A DNA stretch of 64,000 nucleotides from Candidatus Cloacimonadales bacterium (GTDB taxonomy: Bacteria > Cloacimonadota > Cloacimonadia > Cloacimonadales > JAIOQZ01), in assembly GCA_963665815.1 (NCBI GenBank), contig OY762463.1, positions 1,632,001 to 1,696,000 on the forward strand, in the 5' to 3' direction. Shown one piece after another: positions 1 through 10,409 of the stretch. Each line of letters starts with the position of its first letter. The first letter of the stretch is position 1. The translations under genes and the position numbers were made by a program. A model generated the notes under the pieces. It worked only from the letters and a program-made list of their open reading frames with translations. It was not told the origin of the DNA and searched no databases.

Positions 1-2160
1 TTTTTCTTCCAGTCCACCTATTGGCAGAACATCTCCGGATAGTGTAATCTCTCCTGTCATAGCATAAGTATGGTTAACCTTTCTCCCACTGAGACAGGAT
101 ATCAAAGCTGTTGCAATAGTAATTCCCGCTGAAGGTCCGTCTTTAGGGATTGCTCCTTCAGGAATATGCAGGTGAATATCAAACTCTTTGTAGAAGTTCT
201 CAGGCAAATCATAATCTTCGGCATGCAGTCGAGCATAGCTATAAGCTGCCTGTGCTGATTCCTGCATAACATCGCCCAGTTTACCGGTAAGTTTGATCTT
301 CCCTTCGCCCTTCATTTTTATAACTTCTATCGTCAATGTTTCTCCACCAAAGGCTGTCCAGGCAAGTCCGGTAACGATACCCGGTTTACTTTCCTGATGA
401 ACTTCTGAATCAAGAAACATTGGAACGCCAAGATACTTTTTCAGGTTTCCGGTAGAAATTGTTTTCTTACCACTAAACGGTTTTTCAACGTAAGCTCTCA
501 CAGTTTTTCTTACAATTGTCGCAATTTTTCTTTCAAGTTCTCTCACACCTGCTTCACGAGTATATGAAGTTATGATATTCCGTATTGCAGGTTTCTGAAA
601 GCTCAGTGAATAGTTTCCGTTAATACTATGCTCTTCTATTTGCTTAGGGATAAGATGCTGTGTTGCAATATTGAATTTTTCCAGAGATGTATACCCGGGG
701 ATATGAATAACTTCCATTCTGTCGAGAAGCGGTTGAGGGATAGAAGACAATGAGTTAGCAGTTGTAATGAACAGCACATTACTTAAGTCATACCCAAAAT
801 CCAGATAATGATCTCTGAACTGGTTATTCTGTTCAGAGTCCAGCACTTCAAGAAGAGCAGAAGACGGGTCTCCACGGAAATCTACACTCATTTTATCAAT
901 CTCATCCATCATAATCAATGGATTCATTGTTCCGGCTTTTTTCATGCTCTGCATTATAATTCCCGGAAGAGCTCCTATATATGTTCTTCTATGTCCACGG
1001 ATCTCAGCCTCATCTCTTACTCCACCAAGAGAAAGTCTTATAAATTCACGTTTCAGCGATTTAGCAATTGATTTTCCGAGTGAGGTTTTACCCACTCCCG
1101 GAGGTCCTACAAAACAGAGAATCTGTCCTTTGGACTTCTTTGTCATTTTCAGTACAGCGAGATAGTCAAGAATTCTGTCCTTAACTTTCTCCAACCCGTA
1201 ATGGTCATTATCAAGAACTGCTTTTGCAGATTTCATCTCAAAATCATCATGCTCCGGTTCATTCCATGGAATATCAAAAAGCCAGCTCAAATAATTGAAA
1301 AGCACGGTATATTCCTGAGAATGGGTGGAGATTCTTGACATCTTTCTGATTTCTTCCTGAGCTTTTTTACGAGCCTCTTCATTAAGTGGAGTATTTTTCA
1401 ATTGCTCATTAAACTCAAGCAGATCGTCCGACTCTTCACTTGTAATTCCAAGCTCTTTATGTATGATTTTCAATTGCTCATTCAGATAATAATCTTTTTG
1501 CAATTTACTCAGTTTCGTTTTCACTTTTACATCTATTTTTTTCTCAAGTTTGAGAAGCTCTATTTCTTTATTAAGTATGTTATATATTTTTAATAATGCC
1601 CTGGAGAATTCTTCAATTTCAAAAACCTTCTGTTTTATCTTAATATCTACATCTGTATTAGCGAGCACAAAATAGAACAGCTCATCCAATTTCCTTATTT
1701 CCTGAAATGGAATCATAGATTCTTCGGGAATAGATTTGTTCAATTCTATATAATCAAGAAATGTCTTCTTAAATGTCCTGAATAAAGCCTCAGTTTCAGA
1801 ACTGATTGACCCGATAGAAAGTGGAAATTCAGTAACTTCAGCCTGCAGCATCCCTTTTTTTCGCTTAAATTTATCAATAAGCACCCTTGACTGCCCTTCA
1901 ATCAATGCCCTGATATTTCCATCCGGCATTCTGAAAATTTGCATAATTCTACAGATAGTTCCCATTCTGTATAAATCAGATGCTTTAGGATCGTCTTCCA
2001 GTTCAGCATTACCTTTCTGAGATATACATAAAATTTCTTTATTCGAAGTATAGGATGTTTCAAGAGCTTCCAGTGATGCAGGTCTGCCAACCAGAATTGG
2101 TGTTATAACATATGGCACCATCATGGCATTTCTTAAGGGTATAACAGGATAAGTGGACAT
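1..2160 (-). CDS. lon: ATP-dependent protease La (Lon), 3' end truncated by window edge
   Basis: Not in the ORF track; translated by hand. ATG at 2160 after an AGGAG SD; N-terminus [17 protein letters not shown]; Walker [13 protein letters not shown] (~1081-1116); catalytic [16 protein letters not shown] (~121-168). Confidence 0.97.
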   Translation of the reverse strand, partial: MSTYPVIPLRNAMMVPYVITPILVGRPASLEALETSYTSNKEILCISQKGNAELEDDPKASDLYRMGTICRIMQIFRMPDGNIRALIEGQSRVLIDKFKRKKGMLQAEVTEFPLSIGSISSETEALFRTFKKTFLDYIELNKSIPEESMIPFQEIRKLDELFYFVLANTDVDIKIKQKVFEIEEFSRALLKIYNILNKEIELLKLEKKIDVKVKTKLSKLQKDYYLNEQLKIIHKELGITSEESDDLLEFNEQLKNTPLNEEARKKAQEEIRKMSRISTHSQEYTVLFNYLSWLFDIPWNEPEHDDFEMKSAKAVLDNDHYGLEKVKDRILDYLAVLKMTKKSKGQILCFVGPPGVGKTSLGKSIAKSLKREFIRLSLGGVRDEAEIRGHRRTYIGALPGIIMQSMKKAGTMNPLIMMDEIDKMSVDFRGDPSSALLEVLDSEQNNQFRDHYLDFGYDLSNVLFITTANSLSSIPQPLLDRMEVIHIPGYTSLEKFNIATQHLIPKQIEEHSINGNYSLSFQKPAIRNIITSYTREAGVRELERKIATIVRKTVRAYVEKPFSGKKTISTGNLKKYLGVPMFLDSEVHQESKPGIVTGLAWTAFGGETLTIEVIKMKGEGKIKLTGKLGDVMQESAQAAYSYARLHAEDYDLPENFYKEFDIHLHIPEGAIPKDGPSAGITIATALISCLSGRKVNHTYAMTGEITLSGDVLPIGGLEEK

Positions 2161-2272
2161 TAATTCTCCTTCAGTAATCTCAAAATATATAAACTTATGA
2201 TAAGTTATTTTACATGTACTATCAAAACAAACAAATATTTTTTGTCAATGTCTTCATGTATTTAGAAGTATT

Positions 2273-3301
2273 TTACTTGTTTACTGACTTCTCAGAGAAA
2301 GTTAACTTAACACCTTCCCCACAGTTTCTGCACATTTTTATTGCAGATCTGTTCGTCAGAATGGTATTCCTCATTTTCTGGAATTTTTCGTTCTTAAAAA
2401 TAGATTTTACGGAATTTGTTTTTACATTGCCAACAGGATAATCAATATCTTTGTCGAAACAACAGACTGCCATTTCCCCATTCCAGTTTATCACAGGCTG
2501 ATCCCAGATTCTGCGGCAGCGATTCTTAATACCAAACTTCAACTCAAAATCATCACCTGAAATCTTGTAACGTCTGTATTTGGGGTTTTCCGGTAGAAAA
2601 TTCTTGATGTCATCTTTTTCATAAATCTGAACTGTCTTCAACGAAAGTGAATCTACTCCCAATTCCTTAGCCAGATTACGAATTGACTCTATTTCATGTT
2701 CATTATGTTTCATTACAATAAACTGCCAGAGAATTTTAGGGAATATTGACTTCTTCTTCTTCTTTGCTTCAACAAGCTTCCTGACATTCTCTTTAACCTT
2801 ATCAATTTCACCATTGATGCGGTACTGATTATATGTTTCCTGAGAAGCTCCATCAAGAGATACAATAAGTCTATCAAGTCCTGAATCCACTATTTCCTCA
2901 GCAGGTGGCAGAATGTTAGCATTCGTGGAAACCAATGTATACAGACGCTTAGAGTGTGCATATTTGATCATCTTCACCATGTCTTTATTCAGGAAAGGTT
3001 CTCCCTGATTCCACAAAATCAGCATAAAAGCATATTCGGAAACTTCATCTATCACCTTTTTATACAATTCAAAATCCATGTATCCCTTTGCCCTTTTGAG
3101 GGTTCCGTTTCCGGAAGGACACATAGGACACCGAAGATTACAAATATTGGTCGGTTCAATCATTATAACACCGGGCATTCCCCATACGTATGCCTTTCGG
3201 GTTAAAATCGAAAAACCGTAAGATGCATATTTAAGCAGAGAATTGAACAATCTTTTCCAGGTGAAAATTCTAAAAAAAACATTTATCTTTCTTTTAAGCA
3301 T
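2273..3301 (-). CDS. Radical SAM protein with C-terminal SPASM/twitch-like domain
   Basis: CNLRCPMC motif, GEP and SLDG motifs, C-terminal CRRIW...GEMAVCC...CRNC. Confidence 0.85.
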   Translation of the reverse strand: MLKRKINVFFRIFTWKRLFNSLLKYASYGFSILTRKAYVWGMPGVIMIEPTNICNLRCPMCPSGNGTLKRAKGYMDFELYKKVIDEVSEYAFMLILWNQGEPFLNKDMVKMIKYAHSKRLYTLVSTNANILPPAEEIVDSGLDRLIVSLDGASQETYNQYRINGEIDKVKENVRKLVEAKKKKKSIFPKILWQFIVMKHNEHEIESIRNLAKELGVDSLSLKTVQIYEKDDIKNFLPENPKYRRYKISGDDFELKFGIKNRCRRIWDQPVINWNGEMAVCCFDKDIDYPVGNVKTNSVKSIFKNEKFQKMRNTILTNRSAIKMCRNCGEGVKLTFSEKSVNK

Positions 3302-3309
3302 AGCTTCCT

Positions 3310-5244
3310 CTATTGAGTTTTCCTTTCTTCATTTTTTACAATCAGCATTTCCAGTAAGAACAACCCAAGAACAATCAGGACAATAATTCTCCATAATTCA
3401 TAACCATATCTGGTATGCAGAACATTGTTAAACCAGTCATTTTCCAAGACATTAAGATTCTTTATCCGTAATGAGTCGACCGGTATATATGTACTCTCTT
3501 TCTTATCAATATTTACAGCAATTTTGTCTGTTCTATCTCCATTAAGGCTATATATTCCGGATTCTTTAAGAATCAGTTCTCGTTCAGTCATTATGTTACC
3601 GTCAGGTAGAATAACTGAATTGACTCCCCGTAGCTTATCTCCTACAAGATACCTTTCAGAAGCAAAGGCTTCCTGATTCTGCATTTGAGCAGCACGGAAC
3701 AACAGTACAGGGAATACTTTATCGTAAACAAGTGTGTTATTGGTATTACTGAAGTCTATCAACCACAGAATACTGTTATTTCTTTCCAGAATAAGAGGTT
3801 TAGAATTTCCTCCTGCCAGCACAGTTGTATTACTCGATCTGGCATCAAAATATCCATATACAGAATGTTCTTCTTTATCCTCGTCCAATATCTTTGTTAT
3901 CTCATGATAATTATTGAACTCCGTAATTATTATCTCTTCGTTCACATAGTCGTTTATGTTGACAGAAAAAATATCTGCAAGATCAGATTTCCATTGTTGA
4001 TCAAGCTGTTCACTGGCAAAGAACATGAAGTTCCTGCCGGTGTTATTCATCTCTCTGAGCAATGCTGAAAGCTTGGTAGAGTATGCCGGATTATAGAGAA
4101 CAACAACATCATAAGCTGTCATTGACTTAAGATTTTCTGTATTTACATTTTTCAAGTATCTTACATTCTCTCTGCTTCCGGAATATATGTTCAGAATAGT
4201 CCTTACTGGCAATGGGACATCTTTCTCGGATCTGCATATTACTGCAATATCCTGTTTCATTTTGTTATAATATGAGAAATATGCCTTGTTATCAAACGAT
4301 AGTCGTTCATCATCAACTTCTATATAACCGTTGTACCAGCCATTTCTTTCAAATCTGACAGGTAGAGAAAGCTCTCTTGTCTGTCCTGCTTTAAGGGAAA
4401 CACTTCGTTCCTGAACTGTCTGTTCATTAACAATCAATCTGTATATCTGATCTTCAACATCCTGAGAAGAATGGTTTGTCATACTGAAAACAACTTCTTT
4501 CTGTTGATTTCTATCAACATACCTGTAACTGATGTGAGCATTACTACAGCTTATATTGCGTATACTTTCCATATCTGAGATTCTAACAAAATTTACAGGA
4601 ATGTCTGAAACCATATTCTCCGAGTAAACATAATTCTGCATATCCGTGAAAACAACAATCTCCTTGTTAGGCAGATGAATCTTATCTAAGAGATAGTAAG
4701 CCTTATCGAGAACTTCATTGAAATCCATGATATCAGAAACAGGTTGGACGGATTCCAGAGTCTTCTTATTAACTTTTCCCTGTGTCATATCTGAGATAAA
4801 TCCGTTGTATCCCGAATCAAATGTCAGGACTGCACAATAATCCTGAGATGTCAGAATACTGTTTATTTTTTGAGCATTTTCTTTTGCTCTTTCAAGATTT
4901 GTTATTTCCGACTCCAGATAATCCATAGAATATGAGTTATCAATAATCATTACAATAGCTGTCGGGGGATGTTTGTCCGAAGCCTTAAATATTCTGTGTC
5001 TGACAGCCGGTCGGGCAATAGCGAGAACACTTAGAACAATAATCAGAATCCTTATAATAAGCAGAATAATATTCTTGATTGTAACTCTTTTGGTCTGCTG
5101 TTTCGTTATCTGCTTGAGAAACATCAATGAACTGAAAACCAGCTTATCAGGTCTTCTTTTAGCAAACAGATAAATCAGAATTGGAACAACTGCCGTAGAA
5201 AGCAGTGCAAGAAATCCTGAGTTTAAGAATGACAGTTGAAACAT
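3310..5244 (-). CDS. BatA N-terminal/vWA domain membrane protein
   Basis: N-terminal LSFLN...P.LIYL...FSSL.FL BatA-type segment, vWA MIDAS DNSYSM, C-terminal LWR transmembrane helix. Confidence 0.8.
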   Translation of the reverse strand: MFQLSFLNSGFLALLSTAVVPILIYLFAKRRPDKLVFSSLMFLKQITKQQTKRVTIKNIILLIIRILIIVLSVLAIARPAVRHRIFKASDKHPPTAIVMIIDNSYSMDYLESEITNLERAKENAQKINSILTSQDYCAVLTFDSGYNGFISDMTQGKVNKKTLESVQPVSDIMDFNEVLDKAYYLLDKIHLPNKEIVVFTDMQNYVYSENMVSDIPVNFVRISDMESIRNISCSNAHISYRYVDRNQQKEVVFSMTNHSSQDVEDQIYRLIVNEQTVQERSVSLKAGQTRELSLPVRFERNGWYNGYIEVDDERLSFDNKAYFSYYNKMKQDIAVICRSEKDVPLPVRTILNIYSGSRENVRYLKNVNTENLKSMTAYDVVVLYNPAYSTKLSALLREMNNTGRNFMFFASEQLDQQWKSDLADIFSVNINDYVNEEIIITEFNNYHEITKILDEDKEEHSVYGYFDARSSNTTVLAGGNSKPLILERNNSILWLIDFSNTNNTLVYDKVFPVLLFRAAQMQNQEAFASERYLVGDKLRGVNSVILPDGNIMTERELILKESGIYSLNGDRTDKIAVNIDKKESTYIPVDSLRIKNLNVLENDWFNNVLHTRYGYELWRIIVLIVLGLFLLEMLIVKNEERKTQ

Positions 5245-5255
5245 TCAGTCTCCGT

Positions 5256-6263
5256 TTATTCACCGAAAGATATTGTAAGCAGATACTTAGCAGTATCAAT
5301 ATTCAGATCATTCACAACCATTGCAAACTCAAAATTTATCTTATCATAACTATATGTTGAACCCATTGTGACATATATGTCTTTCTGTGAAGAAAAATCT
5401 CTGCTGAAAACGCCTGTTCTCACACTTGAATTCTTTCTTGAACTTCCCAGAATTGAATAATTTCTGACTATTCCAAAATGATATGTCTGCTTCATGCTCT
5501 TCCTGACATACCCGGTAACAGTTGAGATAAAAGCACCTTCTTCATTGCCATATTGATTACCAAAGGCAAAACGCTGTTTTAGAGTCACATTCCCACTCTT
5601 CTTCCAGTACAATTGAGATACAATGTCATAAACAACAAGTCCGGATGAATAGTTCCCTGATTTATATAAAAAACCCAGATCAGTAGAAAATCCGTGAACT
5701 CTGTCATCAATAAAGTCCTCATTAATAATCACATCGCTTGTAACATCATCTTTCTTGTATATCAGACGTCCAAACATATACTTGAAATTCAGTCCGAAAG
5801 AAGCTCCTTTTCTTTTTTCAGCGTAAGTAAATCCAACTGAATTCAATGTATAGGAACTGTAATCAGTGTATGTTTTGCCAGAATCGCTGTATGTGTTTGT
5901 CTCAGATAAATCTGCAAGAGGCTGAATAGAGATAGCTCCCTGTTTGGCAACAGCATTTGCATATACAAACTGGCTTCTTTTTAGTTTATTCGAGTTTTCA
6001 ATAAGAAGTCCGGTGTTTTCATTACTGCTGTTTCTCATCTGATAGGATACTGAAGCCTTCATACTGTTTAGATATGCAAGTATCGCAGGATTATTATATT
6101 CAGGAGCAGAACAACCTCTATAAGTAACATTGCTTCCGCCAAGGCTTAATGAAATTGCAGACACCTGCTTTTCCGGTAAATGATACTCATAACGTCTTAT
6201 AGGAAATGCCGCAAGTTGAATCCCAACAAGCAATAATATAAATAATGATATAATTCTTTTCAT
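5256..6263 (-). CDS. Putative outer-membrane beta-barrel protein (PorV/FadL-like)
   Basis: Signal peptide, A.SLSLGG...YNNPA.L motif, alternating aromatic beta-strands, C-terminal aromatic strand. Confidence 0.5.
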   Translation of the reverse strand: MKRIISLFILLLVGIQLAAFPIRRYEYHLPEKQVSAISLSLGGSNVTYRGCSAPEYNNPAILAYLNSMKASVSYQMRNSSNENTGLLIENSNKLKRSQFVYANAVAKQGAISIQPLADLSETNTYSDSGKTYTDYSSYTLNSVGFTYAEKRKGASFGLNFKYMFGRLIYKKDDVTSDVIINEDFIDDRVHGFSTDLGFLYKSGNYSSGLVVYDIVSQLYWKKSGNVTLKQRFAFGNQYGNEEGAFISTVTGYVRKSMKQTYHFGIVRNYSILGSSRKNSSVRTGVFSRDFSSQKDIYVTMGSTYSYDKINFEFAMVVNDLNIDTAKYLLTISFGE

Positions 6264-6280
6264 AATTTCTCTTTTGTTAA

Positions 6281-6970
6281 TTATTTTGAGTAATCTCTGA
6301 CTCCGAATATTGCTGAGCCAATCCTGATTATGTTAGCACCTTCTTCAATTGCAATTTCGAAATCCCCGCTCATACCCATCGATAAGTATTTGAACTTAAC
6401 TCCTGGAAGTTTTTCTGCTTCATCATAAAGCTTTTTCAGCTTTCTAAAACATTCCCTGATAATATCTTCATCTGAGATAAACATCCCGATTGTCATCAGA
6501 CCACGAATTCTGATATTTGAGAAACAAGCTGCCTGCTTCAGGAATTCTATTGTTTCATTCGGTTCTATTCCTGATTTTGACGCTTCTCCTGATGTATTTA
6601 CCTGTACCAGTATATCCTGTACAATTCCCATTTCCTGAGCAACATTATTCAGCTTTTTTATTGTAGATAACTTATCGAGAGAATGAATCAGTGTTGGCTT
6701 AAGCTCCATCAGTTTTCTTATTTTGTTAGACTGTAAATGTCCTATGAAATGAAACTCATCTATTTCATCCTGAAGTTCCGGGATCTTTGTCAGAGACTCC
6801 TGAATTTTATTCTCAGCTATGCAGGTTAACCCATTTTTTATACCTTCTCTTATAGTCTCAACATCATGCGTTTTAGTTACTGCAAGCAGTAAAATTTCAT
6901 CTGCTGATCTGTTGCAGGCGTCTGCTGCATCAGCAATTTTTTTCCTTATAAAATCAATTCTTTCTTTCAT
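6281..6970 (-). CDS. yggS: YggS family pyridoxal phosphate homeostasis protein
   Basis: LLAVTK, HFIGHLQSNK, GLMTIG, LSMGMSGDFE and IRIGSAIFG motifs. Confidence 0.95.
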   Translation of the reverse strand: MKERIDFIRKKIADAADACNRSADEILLLAVTKTHDVETIREGIKNGLTCIAENKIQESLTKIPELQDEIDEFHFIGHLQSNKIRKLMELKPTLIHSLDKLSTIKKLNNVAQEMGIVQDILVQVNTSGEASKSGIEPNETIEFLKQAACFSNIRIRGLMTIGMFISDEDIIRECFRKLKKLYDEAEKLPGVKFKYLSMGMSGDFEIAIEEGANIIRIGSAIFGVRDYSK

Positions 6971-7393
6971 TTATATAACTCCACGAGATCTTTGCATAAT
7001 TGGAGTAGTTGACTCGATATTATTTATCCATAGTGAGACTGTTATGTTATAATATTCCATAAGCTCATCTATAGCTTTTAAGTTTACTTTATTATATCAA
7101 AACTGTTTGATTCTGCTATTATGCAAAGCTATCTCCACTTCAAAAAAGTAAAAAGCAGGCGTTCAGACTATGTGTCAAGCTTAATTCATTGATTAGTTAA
7201 TATACACATAAAAATCATGGAATGCAATTGTATTAACGTAATAATATTCTAGAGTGTTACATCACATTTACAGATGTATTACTAATGCCGGCATATTAAA
7301 ACTTGATGAATTGATAATGTCGGCTGTTTTATTATGACAATTTTATTAAATACTCAGTTCAGAACTCATGAAGCAAGCTTAAAACAAACATGT

Positions 7394-8809
7394 TCAATCC
7401 TTTGTAACCTGATTCTTAACATAATATTCCTCAAGTACATGCTGTCCAACTTGCTTAAGTAAAAAAATGTAAACCTTTAGAAGATTTTCAATCTGCTTTC
7501 TGAATTTTAAACATTCATAAATATTGTTTTTAAAACTTCCATCTGAGGCAAAATTGATATAACAGGAAGAACATAAATATCTTGCCCAGCAATTAGCACA
7601 TGTTTTCTCTCTGAACTCAATCCATTTATTAACAATAACTGACATTCCCTGATAATCCAGTCCATCTTCAACAGAACCTATTTTAAAATCATGATCTATC
7701 TTCTCACAAATGTAATATGATCCCTCAGATGAAACAAAAAGCTTCTGATTTCCAGGAACACATGTTTTATAGCTTATGTACTCACCATACTCACGCTTAT
7801 GAATAAAAGAAAGTGAATCCATAAAAATATGATTATCCAAAGACATATCTCCGCTTTTCAGACCTTGCACTAAGTCAAAGATTTCGGAGTTACCTTTTAC
7901 ACTATCCATGTCACTGTTAAGAAAATACTCGGTATAATACTGCTTTCTCTCATCATGTGTTGGATGCATTCTGGATATTCTCAGATTCAATTTAAGATTC
8001 TTTCGTAAATCAACAAGTTTGTTGTATTCATCTAAATTTGTAACAGTAGCCAACAATAGAATATTCTGACTATGCTTATCGATTTTACTTTTGATTAACT
8101 CAATATTTCGCTCTACTATATTGTATGTGAATGTTCCGTTAGCATGGACTCTATGTTTATCATGAATCTCTTTCAACCCATCAAAACTTATTGAAATGTT
8201 AAATGCATGCTTTACTAAATATTCAATGTTCTCTGAATCAAGTAGATATCCATTTGTTGTTATTGCATATCTAATGTTAAGATTTAAAGTGCTGCAATAC
8301 TGTACAATCTTTTCTATCAGATCCATATTAAGTAAAGGTTCTCCCCCATAAAATCCTACAAGAAGGTCTTTTCTACCGTTCTTTAAGCAAATCTCGTATA
8401 CTTTTTGAATCGCAGCAATCGCTATTTCATAGGTCATTACTTTGCTGGAATGTTTTCTCAATTTATTTTCTTCGTAAGAACCACCATAAATACAATAAGA
8501 ACATCTGAAATTGCAGTTTTCTGTAATACAAAGAGTTATCGCTTCAGGGCAAATACTCTCAGCATTTACTTCAGGTTTAAAGTACACTGCATCCTTATCA
8601 TCGATACTACTTAACAGAGTTTGAAAATCATTGTAAATTTCTCTCGCATTCCTGAATATCCCTATATATCTTTCGACATAGTCTTCCCCAGACATTGATA
8701 TCAAGCTATTCAATGTTTTATACACCACTTCATTAATTCTGACCATTTGTCCTGTTACATCAATATAAATGTAAAACTCATTCTCAAACTTGAATTTCTT
8801 AATATTCAT
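7394..8809 (-). CDS. Radical SAM/SPASM peptide maturase (cluster 1)
   Basis: TENCNFRCSYCIY, FYGGEPLL, ITTNG; SPASM cysteines CVPG..LFV..G..YICEK and CANCWARYLCSSC..C; N-terminal ~80 aa RRE-like extension. Confidence 0.9.
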   Translation of the reverse strand: MNIKKFKFENEFYIYIDVTGQMVRINEVVYKTLNSLISMSGEDYVERYIGIFRNAREIYNDFQTLLSSIDDKDAVYFKPEVNAESICPEAITLCITENCNFRCSYCIYGGSYEENKLRKHSSKVMTYEIAIAAIQKVYEICLKNGRKDLLVGFYGGEPLLNMDLIEKIVQYCSTLNLNIRYAITTNGYLLDSENIEYLVKHAFNISISFDGLKEIHDKHRVHANGTFTYNIVERNIELIKSKIDKHSQNILLLATVTNLDEYNKLVDLRKNLKLNLRISRMHPTHDERKQYYTEYFLNSDMDSVKGNSEIFDLVQGLKSGDMSLDNHIFMDSLSFIHKREYGEYISYKTCVPGNQKLFVSSEGSYYICEKIDHDFKIGSVEDGLDYQGMSVIVNKWIEFREKTCANCWARYLCSSCYINFASDGSFKNNIYECLKFRKQIENLLKVYIFLLKQVGQHVLEEYYVKNQVTKD

Positions 8810-9789
8810 TACCGGCTCAACCTGAATTTATAATAATTCTGTGAACCAGAATCTTGAATATGAACAAATTTGTCATCCACAATCATTGTATTCATAACAG
8901 TATAAATATTATCGGGAATCTTCCAGAATTGAATAAGATTAAAATTACTGTCATATTTACAGAGATACTCTCGAATCTCGAAAGCAGCTTTTATCTGCGA
9001 AGAACTTGAGTTTTTGTAATCTATTTTTGCATCAGTATTTCCCATAAACGTATGAATCACAAATATCTCATTATCAGAAGAATCGATGTTCAACACATAA
9101 GACTTCTCTGTTGGAAGATTGTCTGAAAACAAATTCTCAACTGAAATTAGCTCGTTTTTAACTTCATCATACATATAGATGTTTGATTTGTACTGAGTAA
9201 ATGCTAAATAATATTTTCCATTAGATTTCAACAATGAATTTTCTCTTTCCGTTCTTTCTATACCTATGTCATCGAATAACTTACTAAGGTCAATCCTTTG
9301 CTTTACTGAATCATTTTCTATGTTGAAGTACTTGCAGCCTGGGAGAGCATAGAATTGGGAGAAAGACACTTTGCCTTCATCCAGATATAAATCTGAAGGC
9401 AATACAGCTTTCATTGAAGAAAGAAATTCACCTTCTATGCTAAAGGTTGAGATTCTATTACTACCAATATCCGATACCAGTAAATTATCTCCAACAACAA
9501 GTATTTTCCCATTTAAAGACAATTCTCCGGGACCTTTACCTTCTTTACCAATCTTGTGAATAAATGAATAATCCTCTGAACTATATACATATACTGAGTG
9601 AGATGTATCATAGAAGAAAATCTTCCCGTCACTATATTCTACATCGAAAAATCCCATATTCATTTCACAATTTTCCTGCCATCCTAATGAATCTGCAACG
9701 GTTAAAGAACCTTCTTTCAATCGTGAGCTACATCCGAAAATTAACAGAGATAACAAAATAGATAAGACAATAATTCTTTCTTTAAACAT
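8809..9789 (-). CDS. 6-bladed beta-propeller (NHL/TolB-like) lipoprotein (cluster 1)
   Basis: Lipobox LIFGC; IGKEGKGPGEL and LLVSD..SNRISTFS..GEFL blade motifs; stop overlaps the rSAM start. Confidence 0.8.
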   Translation of the reverse strand: MFKERIIVLSILLSLLIFGCSSRLKEGSLTVADSLGWQENCEMNMGFFDVEYSDGKIFFYDTSHSVYVYSSEDYSFIHKIGKEGKGPGELSLNGKILVVGDNLLVSDIGSNRISTFSIEGEFLSSMKAVLPSDLYLDEGKVSFSQFYALPGCKYFNIENDSVKQRIDLSKLFDDIGIERTERENSLLKSNGKYYLAFTQYKSNIYMYDEVKNELISVENLFSDNLPTEKSYVLNIDSSDNEIFVIHTFMGNTDAKIDYKNSSSSQIKAAFEIREYLCKYDSNFNLIQFWKIPDNIYTVMNTMIVDDKFVHIQDSGSQNYYKFRLSR

Positions 9790-9832
9790 ATAAACTCCAA
9801 TTCATAGTGAGGGAATTATCTATTATTTATTG

Positions 9833-10003
9833 TTATTTAGAATTTGAAGATTGACCACCAAGAAGGTCGTCAATGTAAGCATTTGAAGAGTGAACACTTG
9901 ATGCATGTGCAACGTCGCATTCACAGACTGATTTTCTGCCTTTAACTTCGTTTTCATCACTTGTTGTAACAGGGCTAGAAACTACATCATAAGTACTTGT
10001 CAT
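9833..10003 (-). CDS. Putative RiPP precursor peptide, 56 aa: MTSTYDVVSSPVTTSDENEVKGRKSVCECDVAHASSVHSSNAYIDDLLGGQSSNSK
   Basis: Translated by hand (below the ORF-track cutoff). Strong SD TAAGGAG 6 nt before ATG 10003, TAA at 9835-9833, CxC motif, first gene before the propeller and rSAM. Confidence 0.8.
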   Translation of the reverse strand: MTSTYDVVSSPVTTSDENEVKGRKSVCECDVAHASSVHSSNAYIDDLLGGQSSNSK

Positions 10004-10104
10004 ACATTTCTCCTTAGATATTATAATTAGTTGTTGATAATTCCCTCATTTCCATACATAATTGCCTTTTGAGCATGTATGACAATTATCAAACACCATA
10101 AGAC

Positions 10105-10133
10105 AATAAAAAGTATTTTTTTTTACATGTCAA
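10105..10133 (-). promoter_or_regulatory. Putative sigma70 promoter of RiPP cluster 1
   Basis: TTGACA (10133-10128), 17-nt spacer, TTTATT. Confidence 0.5.
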
Positions 10134-10362
10134 TTTTATTTTCTTCAGAATATTTCTTAATGGTAAATTTAATTTTCCCCTTTCATTTTCATAGATTTTA
10201 AAAACAAGCATGATATTTTACATGAAAAATATCAGGACTGGAATTACGGTACCCTAATTAAAGAATAATTACCTCAAATGTATATTTCACACTTATAGAA
10301 GCAAATAAAACTACACTAACTCAAAAACTCGTATTACTGAAGTAGAGTAGATAAAATCCCAC

Positions 10363-10400
10363 AACAGGAGTTCAGAAATTTTTCGGACTCCTGTTTTTTT
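10363..10400. terminator. Intrinsic terminator-like hairpin, possibly bidirectional
   Basis: AACAGGAGT...ACTCCTGTT stem with a T-run on +, 10 nt beyond the stop of the minus-strand gene at 10410. Confidence 0.6.
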
Positions 10401-10409
10401 CTCGAAAAC

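Noticed and set aside
808-2090. Short ORFs listed in the track over 808-2090
   Set aside because: They are antisense or out-of-frame shadows of lon.
2273-3301. Third radical SAM as a RiPP maturase
   Set aside because: No RRE-like extension or adjacent small precursor; it lies in a housekeeping gene run and has a shorter twitch-type C-terminus.
6971-7130. Selenocysteine read-through ORF or 6S RNA in the yggS leader
   Set aside because: An in-frame TGA exists, but there is no SECIS-like hairpin or redox motif, and the interior does not pair into a 6S-like rod.
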